From assembly GCA_026770705.1 (NCBI GenBank), contig JANJGN010000031.1, positions 806,001 to 870,000 on the forward strand: a DNA stretch of 64,000 nucleotides, in the 5' to 3' direction. Made by a program: the position numbers and the translations under genes. This stretch comes from Isurus oxyrinchus. Lineage: Eukaryota. The notes under the pieces were generated by a model. It did no database searches, was not told the origin of the DNA, and was given only the letters and a program-made list of their open reading frames with translations. Shown piece by piece: positions 38,979 through 50,083 of the stretch (position 1 is its first letter; every line of letters starts with the position of its first letter).

Positions 38979-39535
38979 CAAAGGCGACAGGAAACAGCTG
39001 TGAGCGGTAACACTGCGCGCTGGCTGGACCTGCTGCATTTTGTTCTCGCAGAGCCAACGTGGTTTTTGACAATGAGAGAAAATGAAAGTGAGGGATTAGA
39101 TTGAGAAGCACTGGAGAAAGTGAAAAGGAAAATTAACGAGGTTAGCAGGGAAGGATTGGCATATGCATTTCTATTGGAACAAGACTTTTGAGATATATTC
39201 ATGATAGAGGAATTTTAAATTGTGCAAGTTGTTTGATAGGAAAGAAAGCGAACATATTTCCACTTTCTAGGAAGATCAAAACGATTAGGAGACTTAATCA
39301 GTAATACAATTAATTGGGAATCCAAGAGAAACTAACCCAGAGGGTGGTGAGAATGTGGTTGGGGCAGGGATGTCCTTAAGGAGGAACTAGACAAACACGT
39401 GAGGGAGAAATAAATAGATTCAACTAAGTTATGTTAAGAAAAGTAAGGCAAGAGGGAAATGACGGTAGAAAGGGAGAGGGAAGGGGAGAGAAGGAAGAAC
39501 AATAGAAGAGAGAGAGGGTGAGTGAAATGCCTAAG

Positions 39536-39830
39536 ATAAAAGCAAAATGCTGCAGATGCTGGAAATCTGAAACAAAGACAGAAAGTTCTAGAAAAACTCA
39601 ACAGTCCTAGCAGCATATTTGGAGAGAAAGAGTTAACGCTTTGAGTCCGTATGATTCTTCTTCAGAGCTGAAGAGAAGTGGAGATGTGATGAAATTTATA
39701 CTGTTTAAGGGGGGTGGGCAGGTCGATCTGGATAGAAAGCCAGCGATAGGTGGAGGCAAAGGAGAGATTGACAAAGATGTCATGAACTAAAGGACAAAGG
39801 GAGTGTTAATGTTAGTGGTTACCACTACCC
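39536..39830 (-). mobile_element. Penelope-derived repeat fragment
   Basis: aaaagcaaaatgctgcagatgctggaaatctgaa...gagtccgtatgattcttcttcagag is the reverse complement of the family at 31397 and 60809. Confidence 0.65.
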
Positions 39831-39839
39831 CGCCAGCAG

Positions 39840-40570
39840 TATATTGTATCTCCAACTGACCACCTCGAATTCACGTTTCTCGGCACACTGTCCCTACAAA
39901 AATCCATCAATCTCAGTTTTGAAATTTAATGTTAACCCCCCCCCCCCCATTAACCTTTTGCTGGGAAACGTGACCAAATTTCCACAACCATTTGTCAAAG
40001 GAAATATTTCCTCACATCACCCTGAAAGACCTGTCTCTAATTGTGAAGTTATACTATTTTTGTTTGTGTGGGAATCTAGAACACAAGGCACCTATAGCCT
40101 GCGATAACTCCTTCCGCAATCCATGAAAAAACCTCAAATGTTCCCGTGGGTCTATCATGCTGAAGGTCAGACAGACAAGATTATGCAACCTGTCCTCATG
40201 ATTTAACCCCTTAAACCAAGGTATAATTCTGTTGCAACAGCGTTGAACTCCCTCCAGATCCAAATGATCCTTCCTGAGGTGACTGCCCCGAATGGAAAGA
40301 AGGATTCTCGGAGGGGTTTGTTCTGAGTTCCTTACAATGAGCCAGAACTTCCTCCGTTTCGCATTCTAGTTCCCTTCAAGTAAAAATTCGATTGGACTGT
40401 ATGATTCTTCCTTGTTCAACGAGACAAGTAAATTCCTTTGCAGCTCCAGAGTTCCTCCCTTCCGCCAGTTAGAAAGTATCCTGCTCCCTCTTTCTTAGGT
40501 CGACCCTGGATGTCCTGAGAATGGTTCACATCAAAATGCATCTGCCGCTTCTTTGCCCACTCTGTCCCCT
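39840..40570 (-). mobile_element. Old degenerate CR1 3' fragment
   Basis: LEGVQRCCNRIIPWFKGLNHEDRL (ORF 40054..40263). Confidence 0.7.
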
Positions 40571-40771
40571 TTGAAACGTCCTGTTCCACCCAATAATAAG
40601 GGTGGGGCTTTCAATCAAATGGGGCGGGGTCTGACCATTCACTCCTACATCACTTCCTTAAGCTCTTCATGTTTTCCTCAATGATTTTAAACAAGCAGGT
40701 CGGTTTCCAACAATACTCAACGCCCTTGGTTCAGCTCATTTGCCTATTACAGGAAAAGTTTACCGGTCAAC

Positions 40772-41275
40772 ATGTACGTGGTTTTGAGTTTCCTGATCTT
40801 ATTTCAATGTAAGTGATGTTTTTTTATGCAATAACCTTTTAAACAACAATCCTTTATATTTCCTTTCCTTCATTATTCCTCTCCTCCCCCTTCCTTCCTT
40901 TCTTTCTTTCCCTCCTTCCTTCTCCACCTCTAAGATTTCTCCGGTTCTGACCTCCTTCTCTTCCTGCCTCTTCCCCAGACGTGAACTCGCCAACGATCCG
41001 CTAGACTCCCGCCGCTGTCTTCAAATTTCCCGGGCAGGCGGTGGAACTGAACTGCGATGTGGAGGGCAGCAGTAACCCTGTTATTTACTGGTACAGACAA
41101 TACCCGGGGAGAGAGCCCCAAATAATGTTTTACTCCACTACTATCAAGCATGTTTAGTCCAGAGGGGCCGGTGGACGGTTTCATCGCCCGGAGACCGAGT
41201 AACGCTCAGTTCATTTTGAAGTCCCCCAGCCTGCGGGCGAATCACTCGGCCGTGTATTACTGCACCTGGAGTCTT
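40772..41275 (+). pseudogene. TCR beta V pseudogene V-b (TRBV30-like)
   Basis: Intact leader 40772-40808 MYVVLSFLILFQ with GTAAGT. Acceptor ccccAG 40977-78. V exon YVNSPTIR*TPAAVFKFPGQAVELNCDVEGSSNPVIYWYRQYPGREPQIMFYSTTIKHV-(+1 nt)-SPEGPVDGFIARRPSNAQFILKSPSLRANHSAVYYCTWS. Lesions: CAG>TAG at 41002 and a +1 frameshift at ~41155. Confidence 0.93.
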
Positions 41276-41312
41276 CACAGTGACTCAGAGATGGAGCAGC
41301 TCAACAAAAACC
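41276..41312 (+). other. RSS of V-b: CACAGTG - 21 nt - ACAAAAACC
   Basis: Perfect heptamer (41276-82) and nonamer (41304-12); spacer counted as 21 nt. Confidence 0.9.
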
Positions 41313-42189
41313 CCAAAGGAGGCAGCAAACAGCTGTGAATGAGGAAACCAGGCGCTGTCGCAAAGAAAACTTGGGTTTAATTTGCAGAATGAATGTCTTT
41401 TTGACAAGAATAAGAGACAAGAAGGTACATCGGGAATATAGAGAGTAAGGAAGGAAAGATAGGAGGAGAGAATTTGTTTTTAATCGAGAACTGAAGCTTT
41501 GTTGCATTTCTCCACAAATATAGCTGAGGACTCTCTATGACCACGAAACAGCCGACTGAAATTGTTTGATATGGCACAGCAGAATCCCATTCAGCTCCCT
41601 CGAGCTTGTTAAGTATAAGCAGGAGGTCAATTGCCCCTGAACAGACCGGTTATATAGCTGCAGGAAGCGGCCATTTAAACGCCTCTCGAGCCTGTTACAC
41701 AGAAACAGCACGAGACCCATTCACTTTCTTTGGCTTGTTACACAGGAAAGACAGGAGGCATTTAAGCTCTTTGAATTTGTTACATAGAAGTGGATGAAGT
41801 CATCCATGTCCTCGACGCTGTTAAACATGAACATGGCGAATTCATTCATTTACCCAAACTGTTTGCCTTTCGATTAGATCATGGTTCAAATGTGTCTTAA
41901 CTGTATCTAACTGCCTTTGTTCCATATGTTTCTCTTGAAAGCTCAATTTCATCCTTAACTCCAAGAAGCTCATCGGTGATACGAAGGAATGGAACAGGAC
42001 ATCTGAAAATACCTAACTTTAATTTCAGTGCTTTGCCATCTTGTCTGGATTCAGCCACCACAGAGAACTGTTTCTCTTTCTCAAATGCATCAACCCTTTT
42101 TAACATTTTTCTAATGCTCAGTTAGCTGACCACTAAATGTATTGTACTCAAGGGAATAGAGACCAAGTCTATGCAACTCTAACAACTCC

Positions 42190-42850
42190 CAATGGCATTA
42201 CGTTCGCTGAATGCCCCATCATCGATGTCCTAGGGATTATCATTGACCAGAAACTTAACTAATGGGCTGAAAAAGCAAGTGAGAGGTTGGGTTTGCTGTG
42301 GAAAGTAATTCACTTCCTGACTCCCCAAGACCTGTCCACAGTCTACAAGGCACAAGTCAGGAGTGTGATGGAATACTATCCATTTGCCTGGATGAGTGTG
42401 GCTCCCACAAAACTCGAAGCTAATCACTTTCCAGGAAAAAGCAGGCTGCTGGGTGGCACCGCATCCACAACAATTCACTCCCTCCACTGCCAACGTATAG
42501 TAGCACAGTGTGTACCATCTACAAGATGTACTGCAAGAATTTACCAAGATTTCTTTAGCAATATGATCCAAACCCGCGACACTTACACCTGAGAGAGGGA
42601 CAGCAGAGAGATGGGAACACCACCACCTGCAAACTCCCCTCCAAATCACACACCATTCGGACTGGGAAATACTTAACTGTTCCTTCACAGTCACTGGGTG
42701 TAAATACTAGAACATCCTCCCTAACAGCACAGTGGGTGTACCCACACTCCATGGACTGCAGCCATTTAAAGAGGTGGCTCACCATGATTTCTCAAGGCTC
42801 AGTAATAAATGTTGGTCTTGTCATGCTGACATCATGAGAATGAATGAAAA
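42190..42850 (+). mobile_element. 3' end of a CR1/L2-related LINE whose tail is shared with the SINE at 22217
   Basis: LSTVYKAQVRSVMEY..AWMS (ORF 42287). Tail ctcaagg...aataaatgttgg...atgagaatgaatgaaaa. Confidence 0.75.
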
Positions 42851-43194
42851 GGAATCCACCCTCTTAATTTAACACCTCATCCCCGGTTTCAGTCTGGTGA
42901 ACTCATCTTGCATATCCTGAATGCCAGCAAGGAGAACAAGTTATATTTGTATGGCGTCTTTAATGTAGTGACTCTTCTCCTGGCTATTATAAAACCTACT
43001 TTGACACAGCCCGGAAAGAATATATTAGGGTAGATGGCCAAGAATTTACTTGAAGAGGTAGGTTTTCAGGAGTGCCTTAAAGTAGGAGATAGAGATTGAG
43101 AGGCAGAGAGATGTAGCGAAGAAAACCCAGTCCTTTGGGGTTGATCGCTGCTAATAACAGTGCAATTCAAATCGAGCATATCCCAGAAGACAGA

Positions 43195-43400
43195 ATTAGG
43201 ACAGTTGCAGATCCGGGAGGGTTTTGTGACTGGAGCTGGTTACATAGACATGGAGGGGTTGGAGGAGGTTACAGAGCTAGGAAGGGTTTTAGGAGCTGGC
43301 AGAGATTACAGATATAGGGAGGCTTGTATGGACTGGTAGAAATTATAGAGATAGGGAGAGTTGTATGTGCTGGAGATTGTTACAGAGAAAGGGAATGTGT
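43195..43400. repeat. Degenerate ~34-nt minisatellite (gggagg.ttgtagg.ctggag.aggttacagagata-like)
   Basis: ggttaca.agagataggg units repeated about 5-6 times. Confidence 0.6.
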
Positions 43401-43829
43401 GTGACCATGGTGGGATTTGAAAACAAGGTTAATAGTTCTAAAGTATAGTTCTAATACTTAAGTATGAAAGTAGAGAAGTCTTGGTACAACTATACAGCGA
43501 ATTGGTGAGGTAATGGGTTCCATTTTGGTCATCTTATTTAAGGTGGGATATACTTGCATTGGAAAGAGTTGAGAGACGGTTCACTAGGCCGATTCCTGGG
43601 ATGAACTGAATGTCATATGAGGAAAGGCTGCGCAAGTTGGAATGTACAGATTGAAATTCAGAAGAATGAGAGGTGATCTTAATGAAAGAGAAACAAACCT
43701 GACAGGACTAAATCGGGTTGTTCCTGAAAGGGTGCTTCCACTCGTCAGAGAATTCGGAACTAGGGGATAGAGTTTCAAGATAAAGGGCTCTTATTTAAGA
43801 CGGAGATGATGAGGAATTTCTCAGGAAGA

Positions 43830-45250
43830 AAAGGAGCTGTTGACGAGGTGGAAAAGCCAAGCCTCAAAGAAGATATAGAAGAGTACAGGTGACATAAAGG
43901 AATGTGAAGGAAATGATTGCTAGAGAAAAATCCTAGCCATTGAAGAAACATATGAAAGTCTGGGCACCAACAAGGAACAAAATGTTGCATTTTCCATATA
44001 ATTTGTTTATCTATCTCAAGAAGTTGTTATTAGAAAGTTATGTACAGTGAAGAACACAGGCTGCAGTAACCTCAGTGAAAGGAGATGAAATCAAAGCAAG
44101 GCGGCGAAAACACTCTAACCAGCTTATGAGTGAAGAAAACTCAGAAGAAATGAAGACAGAAGAGGCCACTGTAAATTAAGGAATGAGAGTGAGTATCCAT
44201 CTGGAAAGTGCTGAAAGGAAGGAAAATCGGCTGATAAGAAAAGCCGGATGAGATACGGGCAGAGGGACGCACCTGGATAGGAGAATCCGGCTCTAGCTCC
44301 TGAACAAGCTGCTCAATGATGTTACAATAGAGAATATTCCCAGAGCATTGCAGGCAAAACATTGGTGCCAATTTCAAAAGAAAGGGAGAGACTCAAATCT
44401 ACCGAGGAATTAAACTCCTATCTTTAAGATATGGGAGAAAGTCATGGATCAGAGACTGTGAACAATGATGGAAACCTGATTTTGCGCTAATGAAGCCCCG
44501 CCCAATGCTTATCATTTGGAGAAAACATATCGAGAAATATCGGGGAGCCCAAAGCAACAGAGTGTATTCACCGATCTAAAGAGGCCTTATGACTGGGTAT
44601 CTAGGAGGAAGGTCTGCAGATGTGTTAGAATTCACGGAGAATCGGACAAGTGCTTACGATTATTACAGGACATGTACAAATAGTGCCAGACAAGAGTAAG
44701 AATCAGGGTCTGGGAGAATGAGAGTTTCAAAGTCAAAGCTGGATAATACCAAGGGTCGGCACTGAGCCCCTTCCTCTTCCTGATTGTCATGGATATTCAA
44801 ATTGAGCAAGTGAGACAGGATCAATGATATCTGCAGCTGGCATTGAGCTATGTGGTGGGAATGATGAGAATATGATTGAGTGCCTGGAGAACTGGAGAAA
44901 AGCTCTGGAAAACAGGGGAATTAAAATCAGTAGACCAAAGACCCAATAAATGGACAGTTGATTTGAGTCTATGGAAGAGGACCAGAATGAAATGTAAAGG
45001 TTATGGGTGAAGCCTTGAAGAAAATGAGTAGACTTAATTACCTGGGGGTCAGTGTGTTGGAAGAAGGGAGTTTGGGAATGTAAATCAGGCAGCAGATTAG
45101 CTCTGGTTGGGGTAATTGGAAAAAGTGCAGTGGCGTGTTCTGTGATAGGTAAGGTACCACTGAAACCGAAAGGAAGAATCCACAAGAACAGCTGTGAGCG
45201 CGGCCTAGTTATAAAGGGCAGAAACTTCAACCACATCAAGAAGAGAAGGA
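43830..45250 (+). mobile_element. RTE-clade LINE RT fragment, degenerate
   Basis: Pieces translate YRGIKLLS, KIWEKVMDQRL, VFTDLKRPYDWVSR and QGSALSPFLFLIVMD, typical RTE RT motifs and unlike CR1 QGSVLGP. Confidence 0.75.
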
Positions 45251-46194
45251 CAAGGGCTGGAGAGGAACTCAGCTCAGGAGAGGTAGAAATGGTATCGGCA
45301 CCTGTTCCAGAGAGAGAGAGAGGAAATGTGGTGAGGTGAGAGATGGAGATGTGACTGTCGGGAAGAAGGGGAGAAGGAGGGTCTATCACCAGATGGAAAA
45401 ATCTGGTGGAGAGCGTGGGGCTGAAAGAGGAACGGATGACCAAGAAGAGGAGATGGAGAAAGTAATCACCCAGGCTTTTTGAAACCGCAAGTAAGATGGG
45501 GAAGTCGAAAGAAGGAAAATAAAGACTAAGAGGTGCGGGGGCTGGGATATCTTCTTTCAGAGAGTTGCCCGCGTTTGACATTCTCTTCCCCAGCGAGAAG
45601 TGCAGGGCTGGGACACTGAATATATTCAAGCATGAGTCAGACCGAGTTTTGAACGACAAAGGATTCCAGGGTAAAGGTGACGGGCAGGAAAGCGGAGTGA
45701 AGGCCACAATCCTGATCTTATTGAGTGGCGGAGCCGGCTCGAGGGGCCGAAAGGCCTCCTCCTGTTCCCACTTCTTATCTTATTTGAATCGAGTGCCAGT
45801 GTAGGTCAGCAAGGACACAGAGTTGTGTTGCCCAGAATTGGGTTCGGCATTCTTGTGGGGCCTGACCAATGTTCTATACAACAGGAGTATATCTACTTCC
45901 GTTTGTAAACCTTCAGATGAAGAGCAAAAACCCTTTAATGTTGTAATCTCCTCTTGACACCTGTCCACCGATTTTGAATCATTTGTTCATGTGGACACAT
46001 ATTCCTTTTCTCTATCTCCGGCTCTATTTTCTCTCCATTTAGAAAGTACTAGCATTAGAAACTAGCTACCAGAAAGTATCATTCTTAGGTCGAAAGTGGA
46101 TGACCGCACATTACATTGTATCAGGCCCTGCTTTGCCCACTCAGTTAATCTGCCTATGAGCTCTTAGGTGCTCTGGCACCATGTGCTCTCCTTA

Positions 46195-46260
46195 CAGCCA
46201 ATCAGGTGGTCAGGAGCTGTCAATCAGGGATGGAGGGCGGGATATTGTGGTTTCACTGCT
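46195..46260 (+). promoter_or_regulatory. V-c promoter: CCAAT (46198), CTGTCAATCA (46217-46226), GC box (46235), Runx TGTGGTT (46246)
   Basis: Motifs clustered 120-180 nt upstream of the leader ATG. Confidence 0.55.
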
Positions 46261-46376
46261 CTCTTCTAATTCAGTTGGTTTTGTTGACACTTCCAGTTCG
46301 GGCCTCCCGAGCAAAAGTCTGACAGGCCGGGCCTCTGGCTTTGGTTACTCCACCCTCAGAGCCTGTGGCCCGAACC

Positions 46377-46425
46377 ATGCGGATTTCCTTTCTGTCCTGC
46401 GTGTTGTCGCTGATCCTGTTGGCGG
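46377..46425 (+). CDS. TCR beta V segment V-c, leader exon
   Basis: accATG; MRISFLSCVLSLILLA(G), hydrophobic signal peptide, phase-1 GTAAGT donor. Confidence 0.92.
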
Positions 46426-46711
46426 GTAAGTAAAGCGGGTGCCCGGAGCCACATCGAGGTCTTTGGAGTTTGGAGTAGGAATGTGTCAAATAGTCTGCAA
46501 AGCACGTATTCAATCAGAAGAGAGGCAGAGAGAGAGAAGGAATGGATGAATGAAACAGTGAGCGAGCGAACGAGATAATGATGGAAGGAGATAGTGAGCG
46601 AGTGACAGAAGAGTATCAGTCACAGAACAATTCACGATTAAGCAGGTTCATGTGTCATATTTCTGGGAAAGTTGAAGTCTCCAGTTTTAATTATCCCTGT
46701 TTTATTTCAAG

Positions 46712-47011
46712 GTCCTGGTGCGCCTCAGAAGATTGTGCAGCTCCAGCAGTTTGTGTCGGTGAGACAGGGCGAGTCGGTGACTATCCCGTGTACCCAGCAC
46801 GGGAATCATGGTTACATGTACTGGTATCGCCAGCTCCCGGGCCAGGGGCTCCGGAACCTCTTGTACGCAGTGCAGGAAGGGGATCCAACCAGGTCGGAAG
46901 GGATCACCGAGAGATTTTTCGCCAAGAAGACAACAAACGGCAACTTCGACCTGAAGATAGGGACAGTGGAGCGGGCCGACGCGGCTCGATATTTCTGTGC
47001 TTGCAGTGATG
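46712..47011 (+). CDS. TCR beta V segment V-c, V exon (apparently functional)
   Basis: tttcaAG acceptor. Open frame GPGAPQKIVQ..VTIPCTQHGNHGYMYWYRQLPGQGL..FDLKIGTVERADAARYFCACSD with Cys23, Trp41 and Cys104. Confidence 0.93.
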
Positions 47012-47050
47012 CACAGAGACATAGTCAGGCTGAACCATGTTACAAAAACC
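47012..47050 (+). other. 23-RSS of V-c: CACAGAG - 23 nt - ACAAAAACC
   Basis: CAC intact, spacer 47019-47041 = 23 nt, consensus nonamer. Confidence 0.95.
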
Positions 47051-47179
47051 TGCCCGTCTCAGGCACTATAAACCCATGAGTTCTAATGTTATATCGGACA
47101 GGATTCAAGGGGGAGAGATCCGTGTGTCAGAGAGAAAGTTCTCTGTCCACTCTCTAATATCTACCTCAAAGTTATTCGC

Positions 47180-47320
47180 CATTTGTCTGTCTATCTGACT
47201 GCCTGTCTATCTGCTTGTCTGTCTATCTGTCTGCCTGTCTATTTACGACATATCTACCCACCTATCTTTTTAGCTATCGGTCTATTTATTCCTCCATCTA
47301 TCCTTCATTTATCTATCTGC
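47180..47320. repeat. Degenerate (TCTG/TCTA)n microsatellite
   Basis: tgtctgtctatctg... array. Confidence 0.75.
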
Positions 47321-48401
47321 CTAAGTTTAATTGATTACAATTGCACTAACTGATGAAGAAAAATCTATCACCGGATATAATGTTCTGCTTTTAAGATACC
47401 AGCTAAATTTTAACTATCACAATGCGTTATTGTGATAAACGTCTTAACACTTCACGAGGGATACGCAGATTTTGATAGGATCATAGAATGATTTAGCACG
47501 AAAAGAGGCCATTCTACCCACCGTGTCCGTCCTAGCCTTGTTAAGGAATGATCCAATTGCTCCTTGTTCAGTCTGCTTACACCATTCTTCCAGATAAGTC
47601 TTCCAGAACATAGCTGACTGAAGAAAGCAATTCTAATTCCTGCCCCTAGTCAGCTTAAAACATCGTTCATCTGTTCCGAATCACTGGAAACAGTTTCTCC
47701 CTATTCACTCTATCAAAAACCTTCATGGGTCTGGATGCTTCTATCTAATCTCCGCTGTGGTGGAGAATCCTGGCTACTCCAGTCTCTCTAAACAATCTGA
47801 AAAACCCTAGGAAGCCCTCACCCTTTCCCCATTCTGCCAAGTCTTGGCCCAGTCATCTCATCTCTAAGGAGAATACCCCACACAAATAGGAAATAAGTCA
47901 TTTCGGAACCTTTAAACGCCTCTGATGGTTCACACTGTACAAGGTGTATTCAACAGCGGGACACCTGCCCCCTGACAGCGGTTTCAGAATCTGCTGAAAA
48001 CCGTTAACTCACTTCTCTCAGATTCAAGGCCGCTTTTCAGGTGTTTATGAAATAATCTGTGAATTATTGCCGGCAAAGAATTTAACCCTTTGGTTAATGC
48101 AGTGCAGGTGCCTGTTCCGATATGTTAAAAGAGAATTAAAGAACAGAAGAAAGCCATTCCTCCTATCGAGCCTGTGCTAGCTCTGTGTGAAATCTGTCCA
48201 ATTAGACATCTCAGACCCATCAACCAGCGCAACAGCAGATCGCACTATTTCTTTCTCCCTGTTTGCTCCTGCAGCTTCATCACAAATGCTCCTGAATACC
48301 CGAGTGGATTTATTACTGTCTTATAGTTATGGTCTCGGGTTTGGTCTGTCCATTAATTTCCCGCCTCCCCTTGTTATTTTCCCAGAGCATCCATTTATTG
48401 A

Positions 48402-49073
48402 CCTTTGAGTCTGCTCCGCAATTCATTATCATCATGGCTGACCATCCAACTCAATGCTCCTTCTTGTTGTTCCCTTTCACCCCAAGAGCTATATCTATTT
48501 CCTTCTTGAAAACATACAATATTTTGGAGTCAACTACTTTCTGTGGGAACGAATTCCACAAGCTCATCACTCTCTGGGTGATGAAATTTCTCCTCATCTC
48601 AGCCCGAAATGGTCTCCCACGTATCGTCAGGCTGTGACCCCTGGTTCTGGACTCCCCCACCATTGGTAACATCCTTCTTGCATCCACCCTGTCTAGTCCT
48701 GTTATACTTTTATAGGTTTCTATGAGATCCACGCTCATTCTTCTGAAGTCCAGCGAATATAATCCTAACCTCCTCAATCCTTCCTCATATGTCAGCCCTG
48801 TCATCCCAGGAGTCACTCTGGTAAACCGTCGTTGCGCTCCCTCTATAGCAAGAACGTCCTTCCTCAGGGAAGGAAGACAAAACTGCACACAATATTCCAC
48901 GTGTGGTCCCACCAAGGCCCTTTTTAATTGCAGCAACTCATCCCTGTTCCTGTATTCGAATCCTCTGGCTATGAAGGCCAACATACCACTTGTCCTCTTT
49001 ACCGCCTACTGCACCTGCATGCTTACCTTCAGCGACTGGTGTATGAGGACACCCAGGTCTCATTGCACATTCC
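48402..49073 (-). mobile_element. CR1 3' fragment ending ~20 nt upstream of the V-d start codon
   Basis: ORF 48451..48984 LAFIARGFEYRNRDELLQL..RNFITQRVMSLWNS. Confidence 0.9.
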
Positions 49074-49092
49074 CCTCAGCGAGGCAGCCACC

Positions 49093-49984
49093 ATGTTGCT
49101 TGAAGTTCATTGTCGATCATTGATGGTGTCACTAATTCCACGTAAGTCAAAGTAACAAACTTTTGGACATGTCTTTGTAGCGTTTTGCAGTAGAATGCCG
49201 ATTGTCGTCGAGCTGGTAGTAATTTTGCCTCTGGTGCTTGGGCCGAGACTTTCTCTTGAGATTTGAGCGCTGATCCAAGGTGACACTCCCGAGACCAATG
49301 CAGTGCCTGTTCGGCACTTTCAGATAAGGCATTAAACTGATCGGCCCTCTCAGGTGGTTGGAAGTGATCCCTGCGCCAAATTGGTGTGTACTGAGTGCTG
49401 AGTGTACTGAGCCAGCGTGTATCTCAGAACCGAAACCAAAAAAGGCCTTGATGCCCTGGTCATTTGTTCATTGCAGTTAACGGGAGATGGTTATGCTCAA
49501 ACTCGCCCCCACGCTTTCCCCATCACAACAATGACTAGATTTAAATGAACCCTTGGTGGTAAAAAGATTTGGGATTTCAGAGGTCGGGAACAATCTTTAT
49601 GAATGGATGCCATTACTTTCTCTATATATCGTATCTGTCCTAATCGATTGTTGACTAAAATGAGAATCCAATGGATTTTCTATACATTAGGAATACTCGC
49701 CTCTCACGTGGAGCAGTCGGTTTCTCTGCTATTGATTACAGCAGGGAAAGTCACCCACATTCTGTTGCACGCTGATGAATATCGGCTATCCCATATGTTC
49801 TGGTACAGACAACAACCAGTTCGTGCATTTGAAGCTCTTTTCTCTCTTGCTGGAGCAGGGATTGTCACCAGTTACACCTCCGAGTCGTTTGGGGCAGTCA
49901 GGACCAGAAAAACACTGTTTAGTCTGGAACTGAGAGACGCCGCTGCATCTCACACTGGTGTCTACACCTGTCCTTGTAGCTTCG
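49093..49984 (+). pseudogene. TCR beta V segment V-d (open frame but lacks Cys23; probable ORF-class pseudogene)
   Basis: Kozak gccaccATG leader 49093-49141 MLLEVHCRSLMVSLIP(R) with GTAAGT. Acceptor ttAG 49689-90. V exon ILASHVEQ..MFWYRQQP..FSLELRDAAASHTGVYTCPCSF. Cys23 present only in the +1 frame between 49747 and 49792. Confidence 0.85.
49255..49620 (+). mobile_element. Deu-type SINE (SacSINE1/AmnSINE1-like) in the V-d leader intron
   Basis: ctttcagataaggcattaaac..ccctctcaggtgg core and acaacaatgact...tttgggatttcagagg tail. Confidence 0.6.
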
Positions 49985-50023
49985 CACATCGTTCGAGAAG
50001 GCGGATCTGCTGTTAGAAAAAAC
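49985..50023 (+). other. Degenerate 23-RSS of V-d: CACATCG - 23 nt - AGAAAAAAC
   Basis: CAC at the coding end and an A-tract nonamer at 23-nt spacing. Confidence 0.75.
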
Positions 50024-50083
50024 CCCGCATCCAGCGCTCATTTTCCACCACCTGGCGGCATCATTCGATAATTTTCTGTCACC

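Noticed and set aside
44787-45707. 306-aa minus-strand ORF
   Set aside because: Antisense to RTE and CR1 remnants and a purine-rich tract; no recognisable domain.
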